Source: Felis catus (taxonomy: Eukaryota). Taken from it: a stretch of DNA of 64,000 nucleotides. Below are positions 11,701 to 25,057 of this stretch, in pieces. Position numbers and translations under genes: made by a program. The notes under the pieces were generated by a model. It was given only the letters and a program-made list of their open reading frames with translations. It did not search any database and had not been told where the DNA came from. Location: NCBI RefSeq assembly GCF_018350175.1, contig NC_058368.1, forward strand, positions 106,332,001 to 106,396,000. Reading direction: 5' to 3'. How positions within the stretch are numbered: the first letter of the stretch is position 1; every line of letters begins with the position of its first letter.

Positions 11701-12992
11701 GAAGTATAAAATCCCTTATCTGTCTATAGAGGCTTTTGTATTGATTTTGTATTCAAGAAACAATATTCAAATTATAAGCTGCTTTTCCAGAATGGGGAGG
11801 GAAAAGAAGAAAGGCAAAGCAAATTAATAGGAAAAGGAGATATTAATTTGATTGTTCCCCCTTTTGTCTCCTCAAAAAAAAAATGCTAATACAGTCCTTT
11901 ACTTGTGGCTACAAATAACTACTTCTTTTTAGGTAGCTGGCTCTTAATTTTAAAAGCATTGGATTCAGTGGATTCAGCTTATGAGCCTCTGGGGCATTTT
12001 TCTTGTGATTAGATCTTTATCATCAGGTCAGTAGTTCAGCCTTAGCTAATCTCCTGCAGTTTGAACAGGGAAGCTTATAAAATCAAGCATATCAAGGTCA
12101 AATTACTTTAAAGCAAAATGCTTTGGCTGGGAGTGGCTTCAGGCAAACACCAGTGGACATGGCGATCTAATTTAAAATTTTCTTACCCCTCTTAACTTGA
12201 CATATTCACTTAACTTCTGCATGACCTTTCTTAGTTCTAATGCTCAACCAGGTGTGCCTAAATCTAGGCTCACCACATGACAAATGTTAAATAGGAAAGG
12301 ATGCTGTGACAACAGATGTAAACGAGACAAACAGGGATGTATGAGCTCTATCGAAATCCCAGGGGCCAATATAAATAGAAGATTACCAGGTGCAGTGAAT
12401 TGTGGTGAATGCTTCAAAAACTCTTTCCTCAGCTCTTATTTTCTACATATTTTTAGGCATGTCCTCCTCTTTGACTTCTGCCATCTCAGGTATTTACCCC
12501 ATCATGACTGCTGGCCTTTTCTTTGGTTGATGGAATTGACGTCCTTGAAGTCTAAGGGCAGCCTTCCTGATGAGAACATAGCCGTTACACGACATCAGCA
12601 ACTCCCTTCCATCCCATAATTGTCATTCAAGCTCAGTCTTGAATGCAAGATTTTTTAATTAGAATATTCTTGTTGGATTGGTTCACAGTATCATTCATCT
12701 TACTTAGAGTCTCTATTATGTGGATGACTATTACAAATTGTCGTATTTCTCTTAATTATATCCCTCGTATTAAACACCAACTTCAACTAAGTTCTCAGAG
12801 TAAAGCTTAATCAATGTATCTTTCATCGTTTAAGGTATGATCATGCATCATCTACACAGCTAAGCCTCTCTAAACACATTCACATCTATATCTTCATTAA
12901 ACAATTTTTGCCTACTCTCAGATGTTCAAAATGTCCTTCTGTTTTATGACCAACCACTTACCATTACTTTCCGTCAAGACCCTCCTTTGTCA

Positions 12993-13208
12993 GGGGTGCC
13001 TGAGTAGCTCAGTCGGTTAAGCTTCTGACTTTTGCTTGGGTCGTGATCTCACAGTTCACGTGTTTAAGTCTTGCATCAGGCTCTGCGCTGAAAGCCTGGA
13101 ACCTGCCTCAGATTCTTTGTCTCACTCTCTCTGCCCCTCCCTGCTTGTTCTCTCTTTCTTTCTCTCAAAAATAAATAAATGAACAGCTAAAAATTAAAAA
13201 ACGAAAAC
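12993..13208 (+). mobile_element. CAN-SINE
   Basis: head, CT tract, tail. Confidence 0.9.
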
Positions 13209-13460
13209 CACTCTTTCTCATTTGGTATTTTCTCTATCAGTTGTGTACTTTTTCCCCTCTATTTATCCTACCAGTCCCCTGGGTCTTTCTGATCTCTCAG
13301 TTTACTCCTTCTGGGGCCGGGGCAGGGGGACACCTTCCCTCAACCTTGATTCCTTTAAGCTCCATTCCATGTCACTGTGGCCTAGGTTTTTGAATGTCTG
13401 CTAGGCCTTGTTATTTCTACTTTCTTACCTTCCTTTGCATGTTCACTCACTGAAATCTCA

Positions 13461-13679
13461 TTTTTTTAAATTTTTTTTTTAACGTTTATTTATTTTTGAG
13501 ACAGAGACAGAGCATGAACAGGGGAGGGGCAGAGAGAGAGGGAGACACAGAATCTGAAACAGGCTCCAGGCTCTGAGCTGTCAGCACAGAGCCCGACGTG
13601 GGGCTTGAACTCACAGACCGTGAGATCATGACCTGAGCCGAAGCCGGACGCTTAACCGACTGAGCCACCCAGGCGCCCC
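13461..13679 (-). mobile_element. CAN-SINE
   Basis: antisense SINE with TSD tgaaatctcattttt. Confidence 0.95.
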
Positions 13680-13719
13680 TGAAATCTCATTTTTGATGCT
13701 ATAATGATGTAAAAATTGC

Positions 13720-13950
13720 TTTCTAAAATTCCTTAGTAGTCAACATATTGTTAAATCTAATGGCTTCTCACTATTTTCTATTTAGACTCCCTGGCTGCAT
13801 TTGATATCTTTGGGTGCTTATTTCTTTGCAAAACTCTCAAATCTCCTGACTTCTAGGATATTACTTTCTCTGGATTCTCTTCCATTTCCTCTCATAGCCC
13901 CTTGCACCTCTTTGTAATCCAATTTCTTAAATTTGATGCATCTTACGATT
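13720..13950 (+). mobile_element. L2 fragment
   Basis: aaatctaatgg...gcatttga...ctctctggattctcttcc L2-like pyrimidine-rich motifs. Confidence 0.55.
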
Positions 13951-15829
13951 TCAATCGATTGTATTTCTAATCACAGTAAACTGCACCATTATCCTTTCAC
14001 CCAACTCATCAGGTCAGAAACTTTTGTCTGATTAGAGGCAGAAATTACTCCTTTGCTTCTCCCATGATAAGATTTTAAAATACATCTCTTAAATATATCC
14101 CCGTGTTAGCCACCCTTCCCCCATACCCTTTTCAACCTTGTTAATTCATAGTCACTATTCAACAGTCATCACAGACTTTGTCTTTACCAAGAAATCTTTT
14201 CTACTCCACAAGCAGTTTCTGAACAGAACTGCATTAAACAAAGCTTGAAGTATTAACATAAAGTAAGTCAGTCTATCCCTGGCCAACTGATTGCACATTT
14301 CCAGTTCACAGTAAGGAAAGCAACTGAATTGAGTTATTTGAGACTAACTCCCATTTAAGTTCTGGTAGCTGTCTCTTAGAGCCTGTTAACTGGCCATACC
14401 ATCTGGCATTGTTTTCATTATCAAGAATAAGCAAGCATAAAGCTAGGAAAATGAGATGGGAGAAATACTCACACGAACCCCCAATTCCACATTATTTGCA
14501 TACTAGGTGAACGAGCAGCTCCAGAGAGCTGTAGTAGAGCCTAGAAAAACAGAAAAAATGGAATTTGTCTTCTGCACATATTCATCTTTATTTCTCTCCT
14601 TGCTTTTAGTTCCTGGTTTCCCTATCTCTTTAGGGTCTTCCAGATTATAAATATTTGGAGACCATTTTCCCCATATCTCTAATATTATATCTATTATTAC
14701 TATGTTTTTCTTTAGAATTAGCTAAGCTAAATAAAGTTGATGTTAAATGTGTGTACATAAAGCTTCGGCCCATTTGAATCTTGATGGAATTGAATACTAG
14801 GGCAATGCACACAATAAACCTGTTAAATCCTTGACTTATAAGTATTAAATATAGTATTAATGACTGAACTCAGAGATTCTCTGACTTTTAATGAGATTCT
14901 ATGCTATTTGATATTAAAACGCTTATTTTTCATAAATTTAAGAAATGAAGAGGCCATTTGAACTAGATTGAAAGGTGAAATGGTAGCCCCTATGCCTGTG
15001 GAAAAAAAATAGTAATAAGGGAGGAATTATCTTCACTGGTAATGCCAAACTAGGTAACTTCCCAATGAGAACGAGAAAACCTGCAGAAACTAGGTTGCAA
15101 AAAAATGTCCTTAAAGTGATTTGGATCCTAAAAAGTAGTACGTCACTGGATGAGAAAACAGAAATGCAAATAACTGAGTCTTGAAAGAAAAGCAGAGAAA
15201 TGCTGAGTCCCTTTGGGGATGCTTTGGCCCAGGGTTCTTTGGTTGACCAGTAAGTGGTGTCGGGGAAGCTCAGCCACACTAACGAAAGAATTTTGGGAAT
15301 CTGGGACAAAGGCACTCCAGAACCCACCTATGGTGGGGACCCTTCTAAACCTACAATGCTTTACATTATGGCTCAAAAGATTATATTGTAGGAGTTAGGA
15401 TACACTGGGAATCGATCGACTCCTGCAGAGTCTGCAGAGACTGCACAATAGCTTTAAGGCATCTGAGAGGTTCTGAAATAGCCCAATCCTACCACTTACT
15501 ACAGTTACATGCAATAGAATGGGTATTTGATTTGTAACTAACATCCATAGTGTTTGAGCTAAAACCTATAATGTATCTACATGCTTTTTATGTGATTTCT
15601 TTCTTGTTCCTTTTTCTATTTTTGTGTCCTCTTTAACCATTTTCCCACTTATTTGCCTGTAAGATTTTATTTTGATCAGAATTTAGTGTTCTTGAATCTA
15701 TGAATTGAAGTCTTTAATCAGTTTCAGGAAATTCTTAATTGTTATCACTTCACATATTCCTTCTGTCTCATTCTTTGTCTCTCTTTTTCTCTCCTGAGAC
15801 TTTAGTTACATATATGTTAGACTTTCTAT

Positions 15830-15877
15830 GGGCTCAGTCAGTTGAGCAACCCACTCTTTTTTTTTTTAATGTTTATT

Positions 15878-15931
<54 letters not shown>

Positions 15932-16179
15932 GGGGAGGGGCAGAGAGAAAGGGAGACAGAATCTGAAGCAGGCTCCAGGTTCTAAGCTGTCAGCACAGAG
16001 CACGATGCGGGACTCGAATTTCCAAACCGTGAGATCATGACCTGAGCCTAAGTGAGAAGATTAAGTGAGCTGTCCAGGCACCCCGAGCAACCTACTCTTA
16101 ATTTCGACTCAGGTCATGATCTCAGGGTTGTGGTTGGGATTTTCTCTCTCTCTCTGTCCTTCACCCTGACTCGTGCACA

Positions 16180-16244
<65 letters not shown>

Positions 16245-16250
16245 ACATAT
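15830..16250. mobile_element. nested SINEs: + strand SINE interrupted by a - strand SINE (15859-16084)
   Basis: outer head split at TSD gagcaacc(c/t)actctt (15844-15858 / 16085-16099); (GA)n and (CA)n(CT)n microsatellites. Confidence 0.9.
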
Positions 16251-16299
16251 TACAACGATAAAAAAGATGTTAATCTGAATATTCTTCTATGAAGTAAAT

Positions 16300-16790
16300 A
16301 AAATGTGTAATGAAAGATTTACTATACAGCTAAAATAATTAAGGTATTATCATGGTATCACAAAGGTAGAAAAATTAAAAAAGGAACAGAACAGGGAAGC
16401 CTGAAACATGGCCTTGTGCATATGAACACTTGACTTGTGGAAAATAGTACTGGAGATCGGTGGGGTAATGACACTGATTTCAAAATACCATGTTGTGAAA
16501 ATTGGATACCCACATGGAAAAGTAATGAAACTTGTTTCAACATCCTGCCGCAAACAAAAATCAATTACAAATTAATCGCAAATTTAAATGTGAAAGTAAG
16601 AAAACTATGACATTTTTAGAAGATAAGAGAATATGAACTTGTGATCTGTAAAAATTTAAACAGAACCAAAACATATGCATAAGACTAATGTCTCTAATTC
16701 AATTGAAATTAAGTTCTGTTTCCCTAAGTTGATCATTAAGAAGATAAAAATTTAAGCACAGTAGGAGGAAACACTTGTTTTCTCATTTGA
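16300..16790 (+). mobile_element. decayed L1 ORF2 fragment
   Basis: A-rich L1 ORF2-like motifs (aaaattggatacccacatgg, gacttgtggaaa); many stops. Confidence 0.65.
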
Positions 16791-17030
16791 AAACACACAC
16801 ACACAGAGCACTCAATTTTTATTGAAAATAATATATAATATTATGTAAATGTCTAGAGGAGCACAAATCTATAAGTCTGTATTAGCAAATAAACTTACTT
16901 TTGCATTTCATTCTTTATACGTATGAATATTTTTATATTACAATCATGGTATACATGCAATTTTGGATTATTTTATTGTAACACAAGTGTTTTGATTTTC
17001 TACATTCCTTATTTTTAAAGTATAGATATA

Positions 17031-17255
17031 GGGGCGCCTGGGTGGCTCAGTTGGTTAAGCATCCGACTTCAGCTCAGGTCATGATCTCACAGTCCGTGAG
17101 TTCCAGCCCCGCGTCGGGCTCTGTGCTGACAGTTCAGAGCCTGGAGCCCGTTTCAGATTCTGTGTCTCCCTCTCTCTGACCCTCCCCTGTTCATGCTGTG
17201 TCTCTCTCTGTCTCAAAAATAAATAAAGGTTAAAAAAAATTAAAAAATAAATAAA
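17031..17255 (+). mobile_element. CAN-SINE
   Basis: perfect TSD taaagtatagatata. Confidence 0.95.
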
Positions 17256-17578
17256 TAAAGTATAGATATAAATAAGGTAATATATATCAGTATTTTGAAG
17301 ACAAGGAAGTTTTATTGGTCTAAGTGCATGACACACAGAAAATACCCAATAGTCTTTATTATTCATATATTTTATGGTTTACATTATAAAAATTGAACAG
17401 ATTAAAATGAATCAAGTGTTAGAAACACTTTCATATTTAAAATTTTGTGATACCCTTTAGTGAAATTAAAATTTCTGAGTTAAAACCTTAAGGTTTAAAT
17501 TAAATTTACCCTATCTTATTTAGAAAGTAGAAAAGTCCATAATAATACAATAGCATAACCATTAAAAATCTGATTATA

Positions 17579-17790
17579 GGGGTGCCTGGGTGGCTCAGTC
17601 AGTTGAGCATCTGACTTCGGCTAGGGACATGATCTCGTGATTCGTGGGTTCGAGCCCAGCGTCAGTCTCTGTGCTGACAGCTCAGAGCCTGGAGCCTGCT
17701 TTGGATTCTGTGTCTCCCTCTCTCTCTGCCCCTCCCCTGCTAACACGCTGTCTCTCAAAAATAAATAAAAAGATTTAAAAATTTTTTTAA
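17579..17790 (+). mobile_element. CAN-SINE
   Basis: TSD aaaaatctgattata. Confidence 0.93.
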
Positions 17791-18046
17791 AAAATCTGAT
17801 TATAAATAATGAGAAGTATTTTTACCTCCAAGATGAGCATTTCATTTATTTAAAATTCCAGAAAAACATGAACATAATGTCCATAACATTCAAGCTATAA
17901 TTTGATTCTTGTTTGAAACTCATCATGAGATACTACTGTAGTTAATAAATTGTTTAAGCATCAAAGTTATTAGATATAATGTAATATTATGGTCAGGAGA
18001 ACTAGATTCTATTCCATATTCTGCCACTTAAAAGTTGGATGACATT

Positions 18047-18173
18047 GGGGACACCTGTGTGGCTTAGTCAGTTAAGCGTCATCCTTCAACTCAGGTCATG
18101 ATTTTGCAGTTTGTGAGTTTGAGACTTGCATTGGGCTCTGCGCTGACAGTTCAGAGCCTGGAGCCTGCTTCAG

Positions 18174-18222
<49 letters not shown>

Positions 18223-18529
18223 GTCCTTCCCCCCACGTGTGCTCTCTCTCTTAAAAGTAAACAAATAGGGGCGCCTGGGTGGCTCAGTCGGTTGAGTGTC
18301 CGACTTCGGCTCAGGTCACGATCTCGCGATCCGTGAGTTCGAGCCCCGCGTTGGGCTCTGGGCTGACAGCTCAGAGCCTGGAGCCTGCTTCTGATTCTGT
18401 GTCTCCCTCTCTCTCTGCCCTCCCCCATTCATGCTCTGTCTCTGTCTGTCTCAAAAATAAATAAATAAATGTTAAAAAAAAAAGTAAAAAAAAAAAGTAA
18501 ATAAACATTTAAAAAAAGATTAAAAAAAA
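18047..18529 (+). mobile_element. CAN-SINE with a second SINE (18268-~18490) inserted in its tail
   Basis: two heads; outer degenerate TSD aaaagtt..atgaca.tgg; inner TSD aaaagtaaa. Confidence 0.9.
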
Positions 18530-19990
18530 GTTTCATGACACTGGATACATTTAAGTTCTCTGTATCTAGGTATCCTTTATTATATAAAGACACATGACAA
18601 ACATTACATTTTTAATTCATATCACATTTTATACATTTCCATACATGACTTTTGCATGTGTGCAGGCACAGGAATATGTAAATACATAAATGATTCCTCC
18701 TTAATGATATACATTAAGGCATGTATAAATGCCTTAATACATAAAGGCATTCCTCCCTTTCAAGCTGTTTTTTCAAATTTTACATTTATTGCTTTGCCAT
18801 AAACTTTATCTCAGCAGTGATAGTCTATACAGCAAAAGAAATGGCTTCAGTACAAAAGTGGTGATTTAATTTTAATAATAAACAGTTACTGATAACCAGC
18901 TAGTTAGGTTGTGCTAGGTTTGGTAACTGTGTTAGGTTCTGATTTCTGAATGCAAGAATACAGGAGCAATGATACCTTACTATTTTACAACAACTTTTAA
19001 CAATTAAAATCTTGCTGAGTGCCAACATTAGCGCGCATGTGAATCAACAAATGATATAGTGAAGATGCAGACTCTGACACTGTAAGGTTCAGGACCTAAG
19101 ATTATGCCCTTTTCACCACCTCCCAGATGATACCCATGCTTCTAGCATTCAGTTCATTGTTTGACAGGAAGGGTCAGCTTCCTTGCCGGACTTCTGTTTA
19201 AGAGTTCCCCAGGCTTTTTTTTTTTTTTTTCAATTGCTTATTCCCTTTGGTGTTTAGCATTCTGTACTTCCTCCCAGGTTATTACCCCAGGGTGTTATCC
19301 TTCTTGAAGTGTTATCTACACATTAAAAAATACCCCCAGGCTGTCTCATTTCAAATTTTATTTTTCAGCCAGTGGTCTCATCATGAAAACATTTGTAACC
19401 AGAAAGTTTTCCACGCTTATTAAAAATATCCGTTTTCTTTTTATAGATCTATCTTCTGAAGGGAAAGACTCAGTTGGGACCAAACAAACCAGATGCCAGA
19501 AGCACGGATATTAGACTCCAGTCTAAATGAGCTCAGGGGCTGCAGACTGCATAGGCGGGAAGAAAGTGAGGTGGAAATAAAAGCGAAATGCATTTGCCAG
19601 AGGAGTCCTGGGGTTTAAATTTAGTCAGCCCACCAGGGAGTTTAATTTTGCGCATCTAGAAGCTGACAAACAAGCCTGGGATAAAAGTAAACTGTGTCCT
19701 ATCCTGGTGCCTACCCATCTTTGGACATGTTACAGAAAATTTTATTTCATTACATTAATTTGGCAAAGTACTGACTAGTGGAAGCTCGCTGTCTCTGTCT
19801 TTTCCAGGTACCGCCGTAAACCTTGCTTTGGATGAAAGATGCCAGACAGCCTCCTGATCCTGCTCATTGGTAAGATTCACAGAAACCACACTAAACTAGT
19901 GGTATTCAGCAGTTCTCTACTTTTTGTACTGGACTTGTAATGCTTCCAGCCTTAGCATGATTACCTGTTTCTGTCACGCTAATGTATGGG

Positions 19991-19992
19991 GT

Positions 19993-20042
<50 letters not shown>
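19991..20042. repeat. (TG)n microsatellite
   Basis: direct reading. Confidence 0.95.
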
Positions 20043-20043
<1 letters not shown>

Positions 20044-20164
20044 GGAAGGTGTTAACTTGTCTTTTTAGTTGATAGTTCTCCATTTCAACAGTAGCTGCAT
20101 CCAAACTTGAGGTAGATATGAAAGAATATAATGTGAAATTCTAAAATAATGAGCATAATGCCAT

Positions 20165-20788
20165 TGTAATAGCACTGTAACTAGTCTAAGAGTCAACTTG
20201 CTTCAAGCTAACACACTCTTTACTTTCTGACACAAGTCCCTTGATCCACAGCAAGCAGGCCACTTGCCTTGAGGAGTGTAGGACCAAAACTTTCCCAGCC
20301 CACAGAGGCCAGCAAGTCTGCTTGAAGCCACCTCAGCTTTTTGATTAACCTAGCATTTTTTTTAACAAAATGTTTTTCTTTTTTCAGGTCACAGAGATGG
20401 TTTTACTAACTTCCCTTTGTGTATCTATAGACTTTGCCCTCCTTTGCAGAATGAACAGAATATTCCTGCACATGATGGAACAAGAACAGAACCTGCTTGT
20501 ACAACCCCCGGGGGCACTGAGATAACGTTGTTAGCTGGCACCATCGAGTTGGCATGTAATCAAGAAATGTTGCAGACCACTGCACTCCCTTTCCTGATTA
20601 ACTACCCTAAGCCCTTTTCAAAACCCCTGGACCAGACAGAAACCTCAGAGTTGGCTCTTGGACGAGAGTCTACCTTCTCCTCAGGTGGCTGGCTTCTTGA
20701 ATAAACCTCAAATTCCTTTCCAATCAAAACTGTCTCTTGAGTATTGGTCTTTCAAGTGACAAGCAGCTGAACTTGGGGTTTGGTAATA
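20165..20788 (+). mobile_element. ERV1-type solo LTR (5' boundary uncertain)
   Basis: TGTA start, AATAAA at 20700-20705, 3' end gagtattgg...caagcagctgaac...ttggtaata typical of ERV1 LTRs; near-TSD ccat/tcat. Confidence 0.65.
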
Positions 20789-21099
20789 TCATGCTCGGTT
20801 GGGTGGGATTCGGGGTTGTCTTTCTAGGAGTAGGGGTAGATGTATTCTCTTTTTGGCAATAGAGAGTGAACCAACTGAACCAACAGTTGACAACCAAAAT
20901 GGTGATCTTTGGTAGTCACTATGCTGTTTACCAAATGTTTCCAGTTCATTTACTTCCAGGCTACCATGGAAGGTATATGAGCTCCTGTGGAAGTTATAGG
21001 TAGCCATGAGATCTGCTATAGACACTCAGGTATGATCAGAATATCAATTTTGCTGTATATCAATTTTGTGGAGGAAATTCTGATTATCATAGAAACTTC

Positions 21100-21332
21100 T
21101 TTTTAAAATTTTTTTAACGTGTTTTTTTTTTTTATTATTTATTTTTGAGACACAGAGAGACAGAACATGAATGGGGGAGGAGCAGAGAGAGAGGGAGACA
21201 CAGAATCGGAAACAGGCTCCAGGCTCCGAGCCATCAGCCCAGAGCCCGACACGGGGCTCGAACTCACGGACCGTGAGATCGTGACCTGAGCCGAAGTCGG
21301 ACGCTTAACCGACTGAGCCACCCAGGCGCCCC
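21100..21332 (-). mobile_element. young CAN-SINE
   Basis: TSD atcatagaaacttct. Confidence 0.95.
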
Positions 21333-22289
21333 TGATCATAGAAACTTCTACTTCTTGAGGAGTATGTATGTAAGCAGAAAAAAAATTTAATGGGTTAAGC
21401 CATTGTTATTAGGAACAATTTGTTACTGCAGCATGATATAGCACTGATTATGACTAACACAGACTTTAACTTGCTCAGTCTCTATCCTCCTACTCTTTTC
21501 TGATTGTTTCTTTTTCTTATGTCTCCACTGCCCTGCCATCCCCTCCCCTCCCCCGCTGCTGCCTCCTCCCTCAAGCTTTAATGCTTTTTTTTCAGTCTGT
21601 GTCCCTAATCTGTGATGGGCGGGTAGTCTTTTTCAGAGTCCTTCAAGGGTTAACACGTAAGTAGCCACCAATGTCTATTCTTATGGTCAACCCTGGTAAA
21701 TGCCATACTACTCAAAAAGAATTCATACTGACAATATAAATTATCTCTAATTCATCGGGAAATGACTCACATTAGCTAATAACTGGCCTTCCAAGTACTG
21801 GCCATATGTTTTTGTTGTAAATACTATTAGCTGATGGGCTGTAGCCATTATCTAAATTAGCAGATATCTCAGCCTGGATGAGCAGTATGAAAATCCTTGA
21901 CAGTTGGCAACATTTTTAGATTCTGTTGTCTTTAGCTACAGGGAAGGTGAACTGCAAGAGGTTCAATGGCTTGTCTATCTTTGATCTGTGTGGAATATAC
22001 ATTTGTCCCCAGAAATCTCTTTAGTGAAGCAAATATATTATTCACAATAAAAACAACTTGAAAATAAATACAACTTCCCACCAGAGTTACCAAATCTTAG
22101 TTTGCGTTTTAAGTTTGTCAAGCAATATATCAAGACACACAATTAGGCAATGGCATTTGGGGTACTTATACAGCAAAATGTGTGTAGTTTTGAGAATATA
22201 TATATGTATATATAAATATATATATAGAGAGAGATCCATACAAATGAATAAGTAAAAGATTATCGCAAATAGCAAAAAACTAAACTATA

Positions 22290-22770
22290 AGTTGAAATCT
22301 GTGACACATTCACAGGAAGCATATATAAGAATGTTCATTGCAATATTTTTAGGAATAGCACAAAATTGGAAATCTTTATTTATCTACGGTGAATGAATGA
22401 ATGGATTGTATTATGCACATCCAATGAAAGACTAGAATTTTAAGTGAACTAGATCTATAGACTAAATGTAGAAATATATTGGACACATAATATTGTATGA
22501 AAAAAATAAATCAAATATAATTTATTTATTTATTGTTTATATATTATAAATTTATAAATCAAATTTAATATTACATTTATGTAATATTAAACATTCCAAA
22601 TTATCATATATTTTTATGTGAACATATATGCATGGTCAGAGTTAAATTTGATCAAGAAGGACATACATCAACTCAAGAAAAAATTTTCTCTTAGAGGGAG
22701 AGAAGGGTATCAGGAGAAATTTAAAGGGATTTCAAATACATCTCTAGTATTTCATTACTTTAAATAAGTT
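22290..22770 (+). mobile_element. L1ME-like 3' end
   Basis: agaatgttcattgcaatatt...aatagcacaaaattggaaa motif. Confidence 0.7.
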
Positions 22771-23064
22771 TTAACATAAGAAGCAGCAAAAGCAAGAAAA
22801 AAAACAGTAAAAGTCACTAAAAATTCAAAAAAATAAAAAGTCGAAACAAAACATGAAAAATGATAGATAACATGGGTTAAAATTTTATTGCATTTTGGAT
22901 TTTAATATAGCTGAGTAGTTTAACCTAATTAAATTCATATTCCTTACACATATCTCCTGCTTCAATGTATGTGCCCTGATTAACTTACTGATACAGTTAG
23001 ATTATTTTCGTTCAACAAGAATCTCTGTCAGATATGTTCATATATAACTTTAAAATAGCAGTTA

Positions 23065-23260
23065 TAATAATAGTCACCATTTGTTAAATGATTACGGCGT
23101 AACAAGTACTTTTGTTAAGTGCTTTGAATACAGTATCCCATTTAATCTTTACCAAATCCCCATGAAAATGAATACTCCAAAGTGTAAAATAAACAAGTTT
23201 TAAATTACATGAGGGCCCCAGTTTATGAAGGCCAGAGCCAGCATTCAAACTTAAGCTCAC
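23065..23260 (-). mobile_element. MIR
   Basis: ataataatag..accattt...aagtgcttt...catttaatc motif. Confidence 0.65.
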
Positions 23261-23367
23261 CTATCTGTCCATGATGCTTGTATATGCTCAGTATTAGGGC
23301 AATCTTCCCACTACACTATGCTTCTGGTATACTCAGGATTGCTTCTTAGGAAAGCTTGATGTGGCCA

Positions 23368-23752
23368 AGACTGTTAGCTAAGCCACAGAATATTAATTCC
23401 TTTTGTTTCTGAGCATGCAGGCTAGACTGTGTTGTTGTCTCTCCTGCAGTGGGTTGTCTTGTGGGTTTTCGCCAGGGGATGTGAGGGGAAGTGATAGCTG
23501 TCACTTCTGCATTAAAACTTGAAGTGAATACCATGTTCTCCCTTCTCTTAGGTCTGCCAGAGGCAGATGATGAAGAACTAGGGTATGGCGATGCCTTGGA
23601 AGGAAGGACCTTGATCTCTGAATCACCGTATTGAAGAAAGTCACTCAACTGGAGCTATCACGTGAGTGAAAAATAAGCGTCTATTGTCTTTAAACCAGTT
23701 TACATGCTTGAATCTCTCACATATAGCACCTCAACCTACACCGACTTACACA
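23368..23752 (+). mobile_element. MaLR LTR (MLT1J-like)
   Basis: gaagtgat...gtcacttctg; ctgaatcacc; gtgagtgaaaaataagcgtctattg. Confidence 0.6.
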
Positions 23753-24879
23753 GTAGAATTCATCGATCAAAGATAATATTTTCAAGGTTCTTGATAGATG
23801 ATGGCAAGTTGCATTTTAAAACGATTATGTTAATTTACCTGCTCACCAGAAATGTATAAGGGACTATCTTACTTGACGTCCCAACATACAATATTTTTTA
23901 AAAAAATTTTTATTATTTGATATGGTGTTATGCGTTGAATACATCTTTCCAGTATTTTGTAGAATAGTCATACCTGTGGTGTCCCAGCACTGACAGGATA
24001 GCTTAAGGCCATAAACTGAAGGGCTAGTTTGGTCAGAGGAGAATGAGATTCACATGAAAGGAATTAAACTTCAGGCCAAGTGACCTGAACTTAAGAGTCT
24101 AGTGATAGGAAAAAGTGTGTTTTGGTGAAACTCTGTATGGAAAAGAAAAATAAAAAGTTAACTGGTTGAAAGGATACTCCAAAGAATAGAGACTTGGGAA
24201 AGGATGTAAATACAGAGCTTTCTGGACAAGACTCCAGAACATATACGGAAGTGGGCCGCTTGATTAAAACAGCCTGACCTGAGCCAGAGGCAGAGATAGA
24301 TAGGTCTGAGATTTCCAAGGACAGAGCCTTCAATGCTCTGTAGTCCACAGGTTACAGAATTGTCTGCTGGAATTACATAAGTGTGATGCCAAAGGATTTT
24401 CAGTCTAGAAAAGCCTTTCCTGAAATACAGGGGTTATAGAAGATCTTTAACTAAGCTGGGATTTAGGGGATATAGGAGTCTAGCAAGCTGTGCTAGAAGG
24501 ATCTGTCTTAAAAATTCAAAAAATAAGAGGAGTCTCAAGCTTGCTTATCGCTTACTGCCAACTCAAACATGGTGTTCCTTTGATGGATCGGTTAAAAGTC
24601 CATTCATTTAGTAGATACCTCCCCTGCCTACAGTTTATACAGCACACTTTTCTCACATTACTCTAAAAGCCCTGCACTTAGAGTGATTGTGTATGTATAA
24701 GATGATAAGGTACACAGTGGAGCAACGAGTCCCGCCAAAGAGGAGAAAGTGAGGAAATTCCATAACCCAGGAGTACTGCCTTTAAAGGAGAAACCTCTGT
24801 ACATTTGACTTCAATCTTGGCACACTCAGCCCAGGGGGGTTCTTCTGTAGGAATTATTCTTTTCATGGAATTACGATGG

Positions 24880-25057
24880 CAGCTAGTTTTTTCAGGTCAC
24901 AAACCTGTGTTCAAGTCCACACACTGCCCCTTAATGGCTGTTTGATCTTGGGTAAGCTGAATGACCTCTCTGTGCTTCACTTTCACCAGGAAATGGGGAT
25001 AATCATAATACTTCCCTCAATGTCTATGTTGATTAGGTGAGTTACATGTATAAAATT
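24880..25057 (+). mobile_element. MIR
   Basis: gatcttgggtaag..aatgacctctctgtgcttca...aaatggggataatcata core. Confidence 0.75.

Noticed and set aside
14938..15398. Overlapping 61-129 aa ORFs
   Set aside because: No recognisable homology or consistent splice structure; possibly old repeat sequence I cannot name
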